From: Planctomycetaceae bacterium
GTDB taxonomy: Bacteria; Planctomycetota; Planctomycetia; Pirellulales; Thermoguttaceae
Assembly (NCBI GenBank): GCA_037442445.1
Contig: JBBIQF010000084.1
Coordinates: 1-37,241 of the forward strand
DNA length: 37,241 bases
Direction: 5' to 3'
Part shown: positions 16,318 to 23,202 of the stretch, piece after piece
Layout of the letters: every line of letters starts with the position of its first letter
Numbering within the stretch: position 1 is the stretch's first letter
The notes under the pieces: model-generated
What the model was told of the DNA's origin: nothing
Seen by the model: the letters and a program-made list of their open reading frames with translations, nothing else
The model's database searches: none
Program-made: the position numbers and the translations under genes

Positions 16318-18083
16318 AACAAGCCGTGCACCTGTGGGTTTTGGGCGTGGGGCTAGCGGCCGTTTTGTCCGGTTATGCCGGGGGGCCGGATGGGTGGCTG
16401 TTTTCGTCGGCGTTGGCCGCGGCAGAACCGAGCGCGGTGCCTCCCCCGCCCCCGCCACCCCCGCCGCCGGTGGCGACGAAAAAACAGCCGGCTGCCGAGA
16501 AACCGGCAGCAGCGCCCCCCGCCCCACCGCCGCCACCCCCACTGGCGAAGCCCGGGGAAAAGGTTGTAACGCCGCCACCCCCGCCGCCGGTGGCTAAGCC
16601 GGGCGAGAAGGCGGTGGCACCTCCCCCAGCCGCGCCACCCCCGCCACCTCCTGTGGCCAAGCCAGGGGCCAAACCCCCAGCAGCCCCACAACCGGCCGGG
16701 CCTTCCAAGCCCGCTGCCAAGGCGGCGGCCGCGGGTGGTACCCGGCCTAACCAATGCCTCGATTGCCACGGCAACCCCGAGGTCTGGGAAGGCCCGCAGC
16801 TTCGGCTGCATGTGACCCAGAAGGACACGGCGGCCGATGTGCACTGGCAAAAAGGGCTCCGCTGCGTCGACTGCCACGGCGGCAACCCCGAGACCGACAA
16901 GGTGAACGAGGCGCATGCCGAGGAAGACGGCTTTCGCCGATTCCGCCCCGATGGCGACTACACCAAACCGCCCGACCCGCTGGTCGTCGTCCAATTGTGC
17001 GGCGAGTGCCACGCCGATATCCAGCGGATGCGGCCGTTCAATCCCCGCGCGCGGGTGGACCAATTGCAGGAGTACTGGACCAGCGGGCACGGCCGGCGGC
17101 TTAAGGAGGCCAAGGACCGCGAGGTGGCCACGTGCGTCTCGTGCCATGGCCGGGCACATGGGACCGCGGCCGATCGGGGGCCTCACGGCGTCCGTCTGGT
17201 GGCCGATCTCGACTCGCCCGTGTATCCCAAAAACGTGGCCAAGACGTGCGCTACCTGCCACGCTGACGAAAAGCGGATGGCCGGGCGCGAGTATCACGGC
17301 CGGCCCATCGGCCACGAGCAATATGCCCAGTGGTCGCGGAGCGTCCATGCCGAGACGCTCTTGGAAAAGGGGGACCTTTCGGCCCCCACCTGCAACGACT
17401 GCCACGGCAACCACGGGGCCTTGCCCCCGGACGTCGATTCGGTGGCCAACGCCTGTGGCACCTGCCACGGCAAGGTGGCCAGTTTGTTTGCCGCCACGCG
17501 AATGAAACACGCCTTCGAGAAGGCCGGGCTGCCCGGCTGCGCCACCTGCCACGGTGCGCACGAGATTCACCATCCCACCGTGGAAATGCTGGGGATGGAG
17601 GAGGGCGCGGTATGCGTGCAGTGCCATGCGCAAGGGAAGTACGGGGCCACGGTGGCCGGCGCCCAGGCCGCCCGGCGATTCCGGGGCGATCTGGATGCCC
17701 TGCGGGAAGAGATCGCCGCGGCCGAGGCCACGATCGAGATGGCCGAGCGGTTGGGCATGGCCATCCCCGGCCCGGCGAGCGATCCCCGCACCGATGTGCG
17801 ACTCCACCTGCGCAAGGCCAGCGATGCCCTGACCGCCGCCCGCGTCGAAATCCACAGCTTCGCCGCCGAGCCGCTGGAGAAAATCCTCGATTCGGGCCGG
17901 CAAATCGCTGCCGAAGCACAACAAAGTGCCGAGACCGCCATCCGCCAGTATCACGCCCGGCGGGTCTGGCTGGCGGCGTCGCTGGTGCCCATCGTGCTGG
18001 TCATCGGGGTGCTGCTCTTGTATATCCGCAGCCTGCCTCCCGTGCCGCTCCCGGGCGAAACGCCATCTGCCCCGCAGGCGTAA
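16314..18083 (+). CDS. Nonahaem cytochrome c with N-terminal polyproline spacer and C-terminal membrane anchor
   Basis: The ATG overlaps the cytochrome b stop (ATGA at 16314-16317). Signal peptide, Pro-rich residues ~43-135, and nine CXXCH motifs (CLDCH, CVDCH, CGECH, CVSCH, CATCH, CNDCH, CGTCH, CATCH, CVQCH). C-terminal TM helix WLAASLVPIVLVIGVLLLYI. Confidence 0.88.
   Translation: MKQAVHLWVLGVGLAAVLSGYAGGPDGWLFSSALAAAEPSAVPPPPPPPPPPVATKKQPAAEKPAAAPPAPPPPPPLAKPGEKVVTPPPPPPVAKPGEKAVAPPPAAPPPPPPVAKPGAKPPAAPQPAGPSKPAAKAAAAGGTRPNQCLDCHGNPEVWEGPQLRLHVTQKDTAADVHWQKGLRCVDCHGGNPETDKVNEAHAEEDGFRRFRPDGDYTKPPDPLVVVQLCGECHADIQRMRPFNPRARVDQLQEYWTSGHGRRLKEAKDREVATCVSCHGRAHGTAADRGPHGVRLVADLDSPVYPKNVAKTCATCHADEKRMAGREYHGRPIGHEQYAQWSRSVHAETLLEKGDLSAPTCNDCHGNHGALPPDVDSVANACGTCHGKVASLFAATRMKHAFEKAGLPGCATCHGAHEIHHPTVEMLGMEEGAVCVQCHAQGKYGATVAGAQAARRFRGDLDALREEIAAAEATIEMAERLGMAIPGPASDPRTDVRLHLRKASDALTAARVEIHSFAAEPLEKILDSGRQIAAEAQQSAETAIRQYHARRVWLAASLVPIVLVIGVLLLYIRSLPPVPLPGETPSAPQA
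16440..16718 (+). repeat. Polyproline coding repeat (10-Pro run, then three copies of PPPPP[LV]AKPG[EA]K)
   Basis: DNA reads cct ccc ccg ccc ccg cca ccc ccg ccg ccg (10 consecutive Pro codons), followed by PPPPPPLAKPGEKVVT / PPPPPPVAKPGEKAVA / PPPPPPVAKPGAKPPA. Confidence 0.9.
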
Positions 18084-18112
18084 GCAAGCTCCGCGGCCGG
18101 ACTGATGTTTTA

Positions 18113-18153
18113 GCCGGGAGGCCCGAAGGCCCGGCGCTCGTTCGGGGGGTTTT
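18113..18153 (+). terminator. Possible terminator hairpin after the nonahaem cytochrome gene
   Basis: GCCGGG-aggcccgaagg-CCCGGC (18113-18135) forms a 6-bp GC stem. A GGGGGGTTTT tract follows about 14 nt later, so the geometry is non-canonical. Confidence 0.3.
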
Positions 18154-18242
18154 CGCGGGCCCGATGCCGGGTTAGATTGACCGGCAATCGGATTTGCACG
18201 AATGCACGGTGCTGCGGAGCGCGGGCATCCTGGCTAGCCCGT

Positions 18243-18332
18243 GCAGCCGGGACGGCAAAACCACAAAGCAGCCGGGACGGCTGCACTACAAGGCAGCCGG
18301 GACGGCTAAACCACAAGGCAGCCGGGCGGGCG
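18243..18332. repeat. Four tandem ~25-bp repeats (GCAGCCGGGACGGC core) upstream of the P-II gene
   Basis: Cores at 18243-18256, 18269-18282 and 18293-18306 (all GCAGCCGGGACGGC) and at 18319-18332 (GCAGCCGGGCGGGC). The period is 24-26 bp. The second unit forms a perfect hairpin GCAGCC-gggac-GGCTGC. Confidence 0.85.
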
Positions 18333-18374
18333 CGCTCCACTGGCGTCGCCAAGCGTGTTCCGGGAGTTTCGCGG

Positions 18375-18677
18375 GTGAAGCAGGTCATCGCCATCGTCAA
18401 GCCGTACCTGGTCGAGAAGGTGCTCGATGCCCTCAAGTACGCCCCCTTGGAAGGGTGCAGCGTGACCGAGGTGAAAGGTTACGGCCGGCAGAAAAGCTAC
18501 CTCGACGAATACCAGGGTAGCGAGTATTCACTGGCCTTCTTGCCCAAGGTAGAAATCACCCTTTGGGTGGACGAGATGCGTGTGGAAGAGGTGGTGCGGA
18601 CCATTGTCGAGGTGGCCCGCACCGGGCGCATGGGCGATGGCAAGATTTTCGTTCTGCCGGCCTGGGGCGAAGCGTAA
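18375..18677 (+). CDS. P-II family signal-transduction protein (GlnB/GlnK-like, short C-terminus)
   Basis: The GTG start has GGGAG 8 nt upstream. Sequence VKQVIAIVKPYLVEKVLDAL...VTEVKGYGRQKSYLDEYQGSEYSLAFLPKVEI...ARTGRMGDGKIFV matches P-II, including the T-loop with the GSEY tyrosine. It ends about 10 aa earlier than E. coli GlnB. Confidence 0.85.
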   Translation: MKQVIAIVKPYLVEKVLDALKYAPLEGCSVTEVKGYGRQKSYLDEYQGSEYSLAFLPKVEITLWVDEMRVEEVVRTIVEVARTGRMGDGKIFVLPAWGEA

Positions 18678-18698
18678 GCCGAGGGAGTTGGCCCGCCC

Positions 18699-19757
18699 AT
18701 GTCCGAGCCTCTGGAGTTCGCCTGGAGCTGCCCCCGGCCGCTGGACATCCACGCTACGGTGCAGATGGCGCACGGCGGTGGCGGCCGGCTGATGCGCGAC
18801 CTGGTGCACGAGGTGTTCCTGGCGGCCTTTGCCGGGCGCGGCCCCAACCAGCCGCCCCACGATAGCGCCGTCGTGTCGGTGGGGGGCATTCGCCTGGCGT
18901 TTACCACCGACAGTTTCGTGGTCAGCCCCCTGTTTTTCCCCGGGGGCGATATCGGCAAGCTGGCGGTATTCGGGACGGTGAACGACCTGGCCATGGCCGG
19001 GGCCAAACCCCGATGGCTCAGCGCGGCATTCGTTCTGGAAGAGGGGTTCCCGCTGGAGACGTTGCGGCGAATCGTGGCTTCGATGCAGGCGGCGGCCCAA
19101 CAGGCCGGCGTGGAGATCGTTACCGGCGATACCAAGGTCGTGGACCGCGGCAAAGGCGACGGCGTGTACGTCAATACGGCCGGGATCGGCATCGTGCCGC
19201 CGGGGGTCGATGTCTCGCCGCAGCGGGTCCGGCCAGGCGATGCGGTGTTCGTCAGCGGCGATTTGGGGCGCCACGGGATCGCCATCCTCTCGGTGCGCGA
19301 AGGCCTTGCGTTCGAGGGGGCGCTGGCCAGCGATTGCGCGCCTTTGGCCGGCCTGGTCGAGCGCCTGGCGGCCTTGGGGGCCGATCTGCATTGCCTGCGG
19401 GATTTGACGCGCGGGGGATTGGCCGCCGCTTTGAACGAGATCGCCCTGGATGCCAAGGTGGGCATTGCGCTGGACGAGGAGGCCATTCCCGTGGCCGAGC
19501 CCGTGGCCGGCGCGTGCGAACTCTTGGGTTTGGACCCGCTGTACGTGGCCAACGAAGGCCGCCTGGTGGCGTTTGTATCGGCCGAGGCGGCAGATCGGGC
19601 CTGGGAGATCCTGGCCGCCTGGTCCGGCGACAGCCGCCCGGCCCGCATCGGCCGGGTGTCGGCCGAACATCCCGGCATCGTCGCCGTGCGAAACGCTTTG
19701 GGCGGCCAGCGGATCGTGGACCTGCTGGCAGGCGAACCCCTGCCGCGAATCTGCTGA
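18699..19757 (+). CDS. hypE: [NiFe]-hydrogenase maturation protein HypE (carbamoyl dehydratase)
   Basis: Collinear similarity to E. coli HypE as I recall it: AHGGGG near the N-terminus, FTTDSFVVSPLFFPGGDIGKLAVFGTVNDLAMAGAKPRWLS, IVTGDTKVV, LRDLTRGG, and the diagnostic C-terminal PRIC. Confidence 0.92.
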   Translation: MSEPLEFAWSCPRPLDIHATVQMAHGGGGRLMRDLVHEVFLAAFAGRGPNQPPHDSAVVSVGGIRLAFTTDSFVVSPLFFPGGDIGKLAVFGTVNDLAMAGAKPRWLSAAFVLEEGFPLETLRRIVASMQAAAQQAGVEIVTGDTKVVDRGKGDGVYVNTAGIGIVPPGVDVSPQRVRPGDAVFVSGDLGRHGIAILSVREGLAFEGALASDCAPLAGLVERLAALGADLHCLRDLTRGGLAAALNEIALDAKVGIALDEEAIPVAEPVAGACELLGLDPLYVANEGRLVAFVSAEAADRAWEILAAWSGDSRPARIGRVSAEHPGIVAVRNALGGQRIVDLLAGEPLPRIC

Positions 19758-19885
19758 CCGCTGGGGCTCGCTTCGCCGCAACGGGACTTCAGCTTCCAGG
19801 CCCCATACGCTAAGCTTTTCCTCAGCTTGCAAGGCCCATCGGCGGCGGAAGCATCCCCGGAGGTTGGGGAAGGCAGCGAGGTGGC

Positions 19886-20785
19886 ATGGCACAAGCCGAG
19901 GTATGGACAGTTGGCCGGCTGTTGGCCTGGACCACGGAGTTTCTCAAGCGGCACGGCTCGCAGACGCCTCGCCTGGATGCCGAGGTCCTCTTGGCCGAGG
20001 CCCTGGGATGCCGCCGCATCGATCTGTACACGGCTTTTGAAGAGGTGCCTTCGGAGGCGGCCCGCGCGGTGTTCCGGCAGCTTGTCCAGCGCCGGGCCGA
20101 AGGCGCTCCGGTGGCCTACCTGGTCGGCCGGCGGGAGTTCTATTCGCTGTGTTTTCGGGTGACGGCCGATGTGCTCATTCCCCGGCCGGAAACCGAACTG
20201 GTCGTCATGACGCTCATCGAACTGGCCAAAGCCCGGCTGGCCCGGTGCCCCGAGCAGCCCCTCCGCGTATGCGACGTGGGGACCGGCAGCGGGGCCATCG
20301 CCGTGGCCGTGGCCAAGCACCTCCCTCAAGCCCGCCTCACGGCGCTGGACACCAGCGCCGCGGCCCTGGCCGTGGCGCGCGAGAATGCCGAAACGCACGG
20401 CGTCTCTGGCCAGATCGAGTTCGTCCAGAGCGACCTGTTCGCCGCAGTTGCGCCTGAAGAGCGATTCGACTTCATCGCCAGCAATCCGCCCTACGTCAGC
20501 GAGGCGGAGTTCGAACACCTGGCCCGGGATATACGCGACTTCGAGCCGCGGGCAGCCCTGGTCGCCGGGCCCTTGGGGACGGAGGTGATCGCCCGGCTGG
20601 TGCCCGAAGCAGCCAAGCGCCTGGCTCCGGGGGGCCACCTGTTGATCGAGATTAGCCCCATGATCCACGACGCGGTGCAGGCCATCCTCGGGGCCGAGAC
20701 GCTTCTGGAAATCGGGCCCACCGTGCGCGATGCCGCGCGGCATCCCCGCGTGGTGCAAGCCCGACGCATCCAGGCCCCGCCGTAA
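19886..20785 (+). CDS. prmC: Peptide chain release factor N5-glutamine methyltransferase
   Basis: SAM-binding DVGTGSGAIA, catalytic NPPY, and HemK/PrmC N-terminal helical domain (RLDAEVLLAEALG...DLY). Confidence 0.9.
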   Translation: MAQAEVWTVGRLLAWTTEFLKRHGSQTPRLDAEVLLAEALGCRRIDLYTAFEEVPSEAARAVFRQLVQRRAEGAPVAYLVGRREFYSLCFRVTADVLIPRPETELVVMTLIELAKARLARCPEQPLRVCDVGTGSGAIAVAVAKHLPQARLTALDTSAAALAVARENAETHGVSGQIEFVQSDLFAAVAPEERFDFIASNPPYVSEAEFEHLARDIRDFEPRAALVAGPLGTEVIARLVPEAAKRLAPGGHLLIEISPMIHDAVQAILGAETLLEIGPTVRDAARHPRVVQARRIQAPP

Positions 20786-20807
20786 GTGGGGCCGGGGCGC
20801 GGGCGGC

Positions 20808-21278
20808 CTAGACGATCACCCGGCGGGCTTCCACCAGGATCTCGCCCATCGTGTGCAACTTCCCCCGGTTGCATCCCGGGCAAATCCGCGCCACCGCCTG
20901 CCACATGGCGGGCGTGCGGAGGTTGGACTGCCAGAACGGCCAGGTGCGGCACTGCATGGGCCGATGCGCATACACCCGGCACTGCCGGCTGGAACGGTCG
21001 AAGAACACGCAGTCGCCCTGGTCGACTTCGATGAGGCTCTTGCGGTCTTCCACCACGCGGACGTACTGGGCCTCGAACGCAGCCACGGAAAGGCCCAGGG
21101 CTTGGGCCAGCGTCTCGATCTCCTCGGCGCTTAGCCACACGTACCCCGGGGCACCCGTGCAGCAATCGCCGCACCCGGTGCACTCGAAGCGCAAACCATT
21201 GCGGAACCAGGGCTCCGGCGACGCACCGTCGGCCCGGCTTTTCGGCACCGCCGCATTGCCCGTGTGTCGTGAAGACAT
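20808..21278 (-). CDS. YkgJ/UPF0153-family Cys-cluster (CxxCxxCC) protein
   Basis: Family motif ECTGCGDCC plus downstream CVFF...CRVY...RPMQCRTWPFW. The ATG at 21278 is preceded by GAGGTGGCC. An alternative ATG at 21341 overlaps the moaA stop as ATGA and would add a repeat-encoded MRARSREQGARSRERGAIEVA extension. Confidence 0.75.
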   Translation of the reverse strand: MSSRHTGNAAVPKSRADGASPEPWFRNGLRFECTGCGDCCTGAPGYVWLSAEEIETLAQALGLSVAAFEAQYVRVVEDRKSLIEVDQGDCVFFDRSSRQCRVYAHRPMQCRTWPFWQSNLRTPAMWQAVARICPGCNRGKLHTMGEILVEARRVIV

Positions 21279-21291
21279 GGCCACCTCGATG

Positions 21292-21340
21292 GCTCCCCGC
21301 TCCCTGCTCCGTGCTCCCTGCTCCCTGCTCCGTGCTCTCA
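21292..21340. repeat. Seven tandem heptanucleotide units (GCTCC[C/G][C/T] type)
   Basis: gctcccc gctccct gctccgt gctccct gctccct gctccgt gctctca, read directly from 21292-21340 on the + strand. Confidence 0.9.
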
Positions 21341-22339
21341 TCCGCCGATTTGGTGCATGGCATGTGCCGGCGGACCGAGTTGGCCCGTATCGGTCCCGTG
21401 CTGTTGTTTCTTGGCGCCCACCGCCTCGTGGAACAGCCGGGCCAGGTCCTCATCCGAGCCTCCGCCGCGAAGCACCGCGCGGGCATCCCACACCTCGTGC
21501 GAGAACAGGCAATTGCGGATCTGGCCCTCGGAGGTCAGGCGTAGCCGGCTGCACCGGGAACAGAACGGTTGGCTCACGGTGGCGATGATGCCTACGGTTC
21601 CCTGGCCGTCGGGGAAGCGGTACTCGCGGGCCGGGGCCCGGTCGCCCGGCGCCGAGACCGGCACCAGCGGCCCGAAGTGCTGGCCGAGAATCTCCAGGAT
21701 TTCGGCCCCGGTCAAGACCATCTCCCGGGTCCAGCGGGCATCGCCGTCTAAGGGCATCACCTCGATGAATCGCAGGGGAAGGCCGCGCTGCCGGGCAAAC
21801 TGGGCCAGGGGGACCACGTCCTGCTCGGTCCGGCCGCGGATGGCCACCGTGTTGAGCTTAATCTGCCGGAACCCGGCCGCTACCGCGGCGTCGATGCCGG
21901 CCAGCACCCGCGGCAGGTCATCGCGGAGGCTGATCTCGGCGAACCGCTTGCGGTCCAGCGTATCGAGGCTGATGTTCAGCCGGTGCAGCCCCGCGGCGCG
22001 GAGCGGCTGGGCCAACGGCTCCAAGAGCACGGCGTTGGTGGTCAGGGCCACGTCCTCGATACCCGGCGTGCGGGCCAGCATGGCCACCAGGTCGCAGATG
22101 CCTTTGCGCACCAGGGGCTCGCCGCCGGTCAGCCGGAGTTTGCGAATGCCCAACCCTGCCGCCACGCGGACCACCCGGGCGATCTCCTCGAACGAAAGGA
22201 TGGCGGCATGCGGCCGGAACTCCACCCCCCAGGCCGGCATGCAGTAGTAGCACCGCAGGTTGCAGCGGTCGGTGACCGACACCCGCAGGTCGGTGTGCAC
22301 CCGGCCAAAGCGATCGACCAATGGCCCAGCCACGCTCAC
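21338..22339 (-). CDS. moaA: GTP 3',8-cyclase (molybdenum cofactor biosynthesis protein A)
   Basis: Radical-SAM CNLRCYYC, second cluster CSRCSRLRLTSEGQIRNC, C-terminal GG. The GTG start at 22339 overlaps the moaE stop as GTGA. The upstream 165 codons of ORF 21338-22834 are read-through across moaE. Confidence 0.9.
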   Translation of the reverse strand: MSVAGPLVDRFGRVHTDLRVSVTDRCNLRCYYCMPAWGVEFRPHAAILSFEEIARVVRVAAGLGIRKLRLTGGEPLVRKGICDLVAMLARTPGIEDVALTTNAVLLEPLAQPLRAAGLHRLNISLDTLDRKRFAEISLRDDLPRVLAGIDAAVAAGFRQIKLNTVAIRGRTEQDVVPLAQFARQRGLPLRFIEVMPLDGDARWTREMVLTGAEILEILGQHFGPLVPVSAPGDRAPAREYRFPDGQGTVGIIATVSQPFCSRCSRLRLTSEGQIRNCLFSHEVWDARAVLRGGGSDEDLARLFHEAVGAKKQQHGTDTGQLGPPAHAMHQIGG

Positions 22340-22779
22340 GCCGCACCTCCGCCCACTATGGGCGGGCTCAGTCCGGGATGGACCCACTGGCTGGTTCCGT
22401 CGGCCCAATGCTCCTCTTTCCAGATGGGGACCGACTCTTTCAGCCGGTCGATGAGCCACTGCCCCGCCTCGAAGGCCGCCTGGCGATGCGCGGAGCTGAC
22501 GGCCACGGCCACGCTGATCTGGCCGACTTCGACCCGCCCCAACCGGTGGCCCACGCTGCACGCCAAGAGGGGCCAGCGCTTTTGCACCTCGCAAACCAGC
22601 TCGGCGAGCAGTTTTTCGGCCAGAGGTGCGTAGGCCTCGTAGTGCAGCCACTGGGTGCGCCGGCCATCGGTCATTTCGCGCGTGGTGCCCAAAAAAAGGA
22701 CCACCGCCCCGGCAGCCGGCGATTGGACCGACTGGAGCACGGCAGCGACATCGATGGGTTCGCTCGTCAGGCGGATCAT
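22336..22779 (-). CDS. moaE: Molybdopterin synthase catalytic subunit
   Basis: MIRLTSEPIDVAAV...GAVVLFLGTTRE...VGQISVAVAVSSAHRQAAFEA...KESVPIWKEE matches MoaE, including the PIWK(K/E)E motif. Confidence 0.88.
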   Translation of the reverse strand: MIRLTSEPIDVAAVLQSVQSPAAGAVVLFLGTTREMTDGRRTQWLHYEAYAPLAEKLLAELVCEVQKRWPLLACSVGHRLGRVEVGQISVAVAVSSAHRQAAFEAGQWLIDRLKESVPIWKEEHWADGTSQWVHPGLSPPIVGGGAA

Positions 22780-22956
22780 GTGCGTTTCCCGGCGTGCGGG
22801 GCCGGCCCGTACGGAGCCCGGGCATCCTGGCCACACGGCGATGGAGCGCGGGCAGCTTGGCCGCAACACACGCGGCCGGCTTGGCCGGGCTTTGGCTCTA
22901 CCCGCCGCGCTCCCACTAAGTATACGGATTGCGGCAGCCGGGTCACGGGGAGGGGC

Positions 22957-23202
22957 CTACCCGCCGCTTACCGGGGGGATGCAGGCCAGCCTGGCGCCGT
23001 CGGGCAGCGGCTGGCCATCGCCCAGGTACTGGTCCTCCAGCGCGAACATCATGGCCGGCAGCAAGGGGGCCAGGACCGGGCAGACTTCCGCCAGCCGGCG
23101 GCGGAGGTCGGCCACGGTGGCCCCTTCGGCCAGGTCGATGGCGATCGCAGGCCGGCCCGCGACCTGCCGCGCTACCGCAAACAACTGCACCTCGACCCTC
23201 AC
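22957..23202 (-). CDS. moaD: Molybdopterin synthase sulfur-carrier subunit (MoaD/ThiS fold)
   Basis: An 81-aa ubiquitin-like protein ending in the obligatory C-terminal GG (IPPVSGG). The GTG start overlaps the upstream gene's stop as GTGA (23199-23202). Confidence 0.85.
   Translation of the reverse strand: MRVEVQLFAVARQVAGRPAIAIDLAEGATVADLRRRLAEVCPVLAPLLPAMMFALEDQYLGDGQPLPDGARLACIPPVSGG

Noticed and set aside
18231-18245. Possible sigma-54 promoter TGGCTAGCCCGTGCA upstream of the P-II gene.
   Set aside because: The GG-to-GC distance is one nucleotide shorter than the strictly conserved -24/-12 spacing (TGGCAC-N5-TTGC), and the -12 element is GTGC rather than TTGC.
18243-18332. Considered whether the four ~25-bp tandem repeats could be a mini CRISPR array.
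   Set aside because: The variable parts between the conserved 14-mers are only ~10-12 nt and are related to each other. There are no cas genes in the window, and the unit is far shorter than a CRISPR repeat plus spacer.
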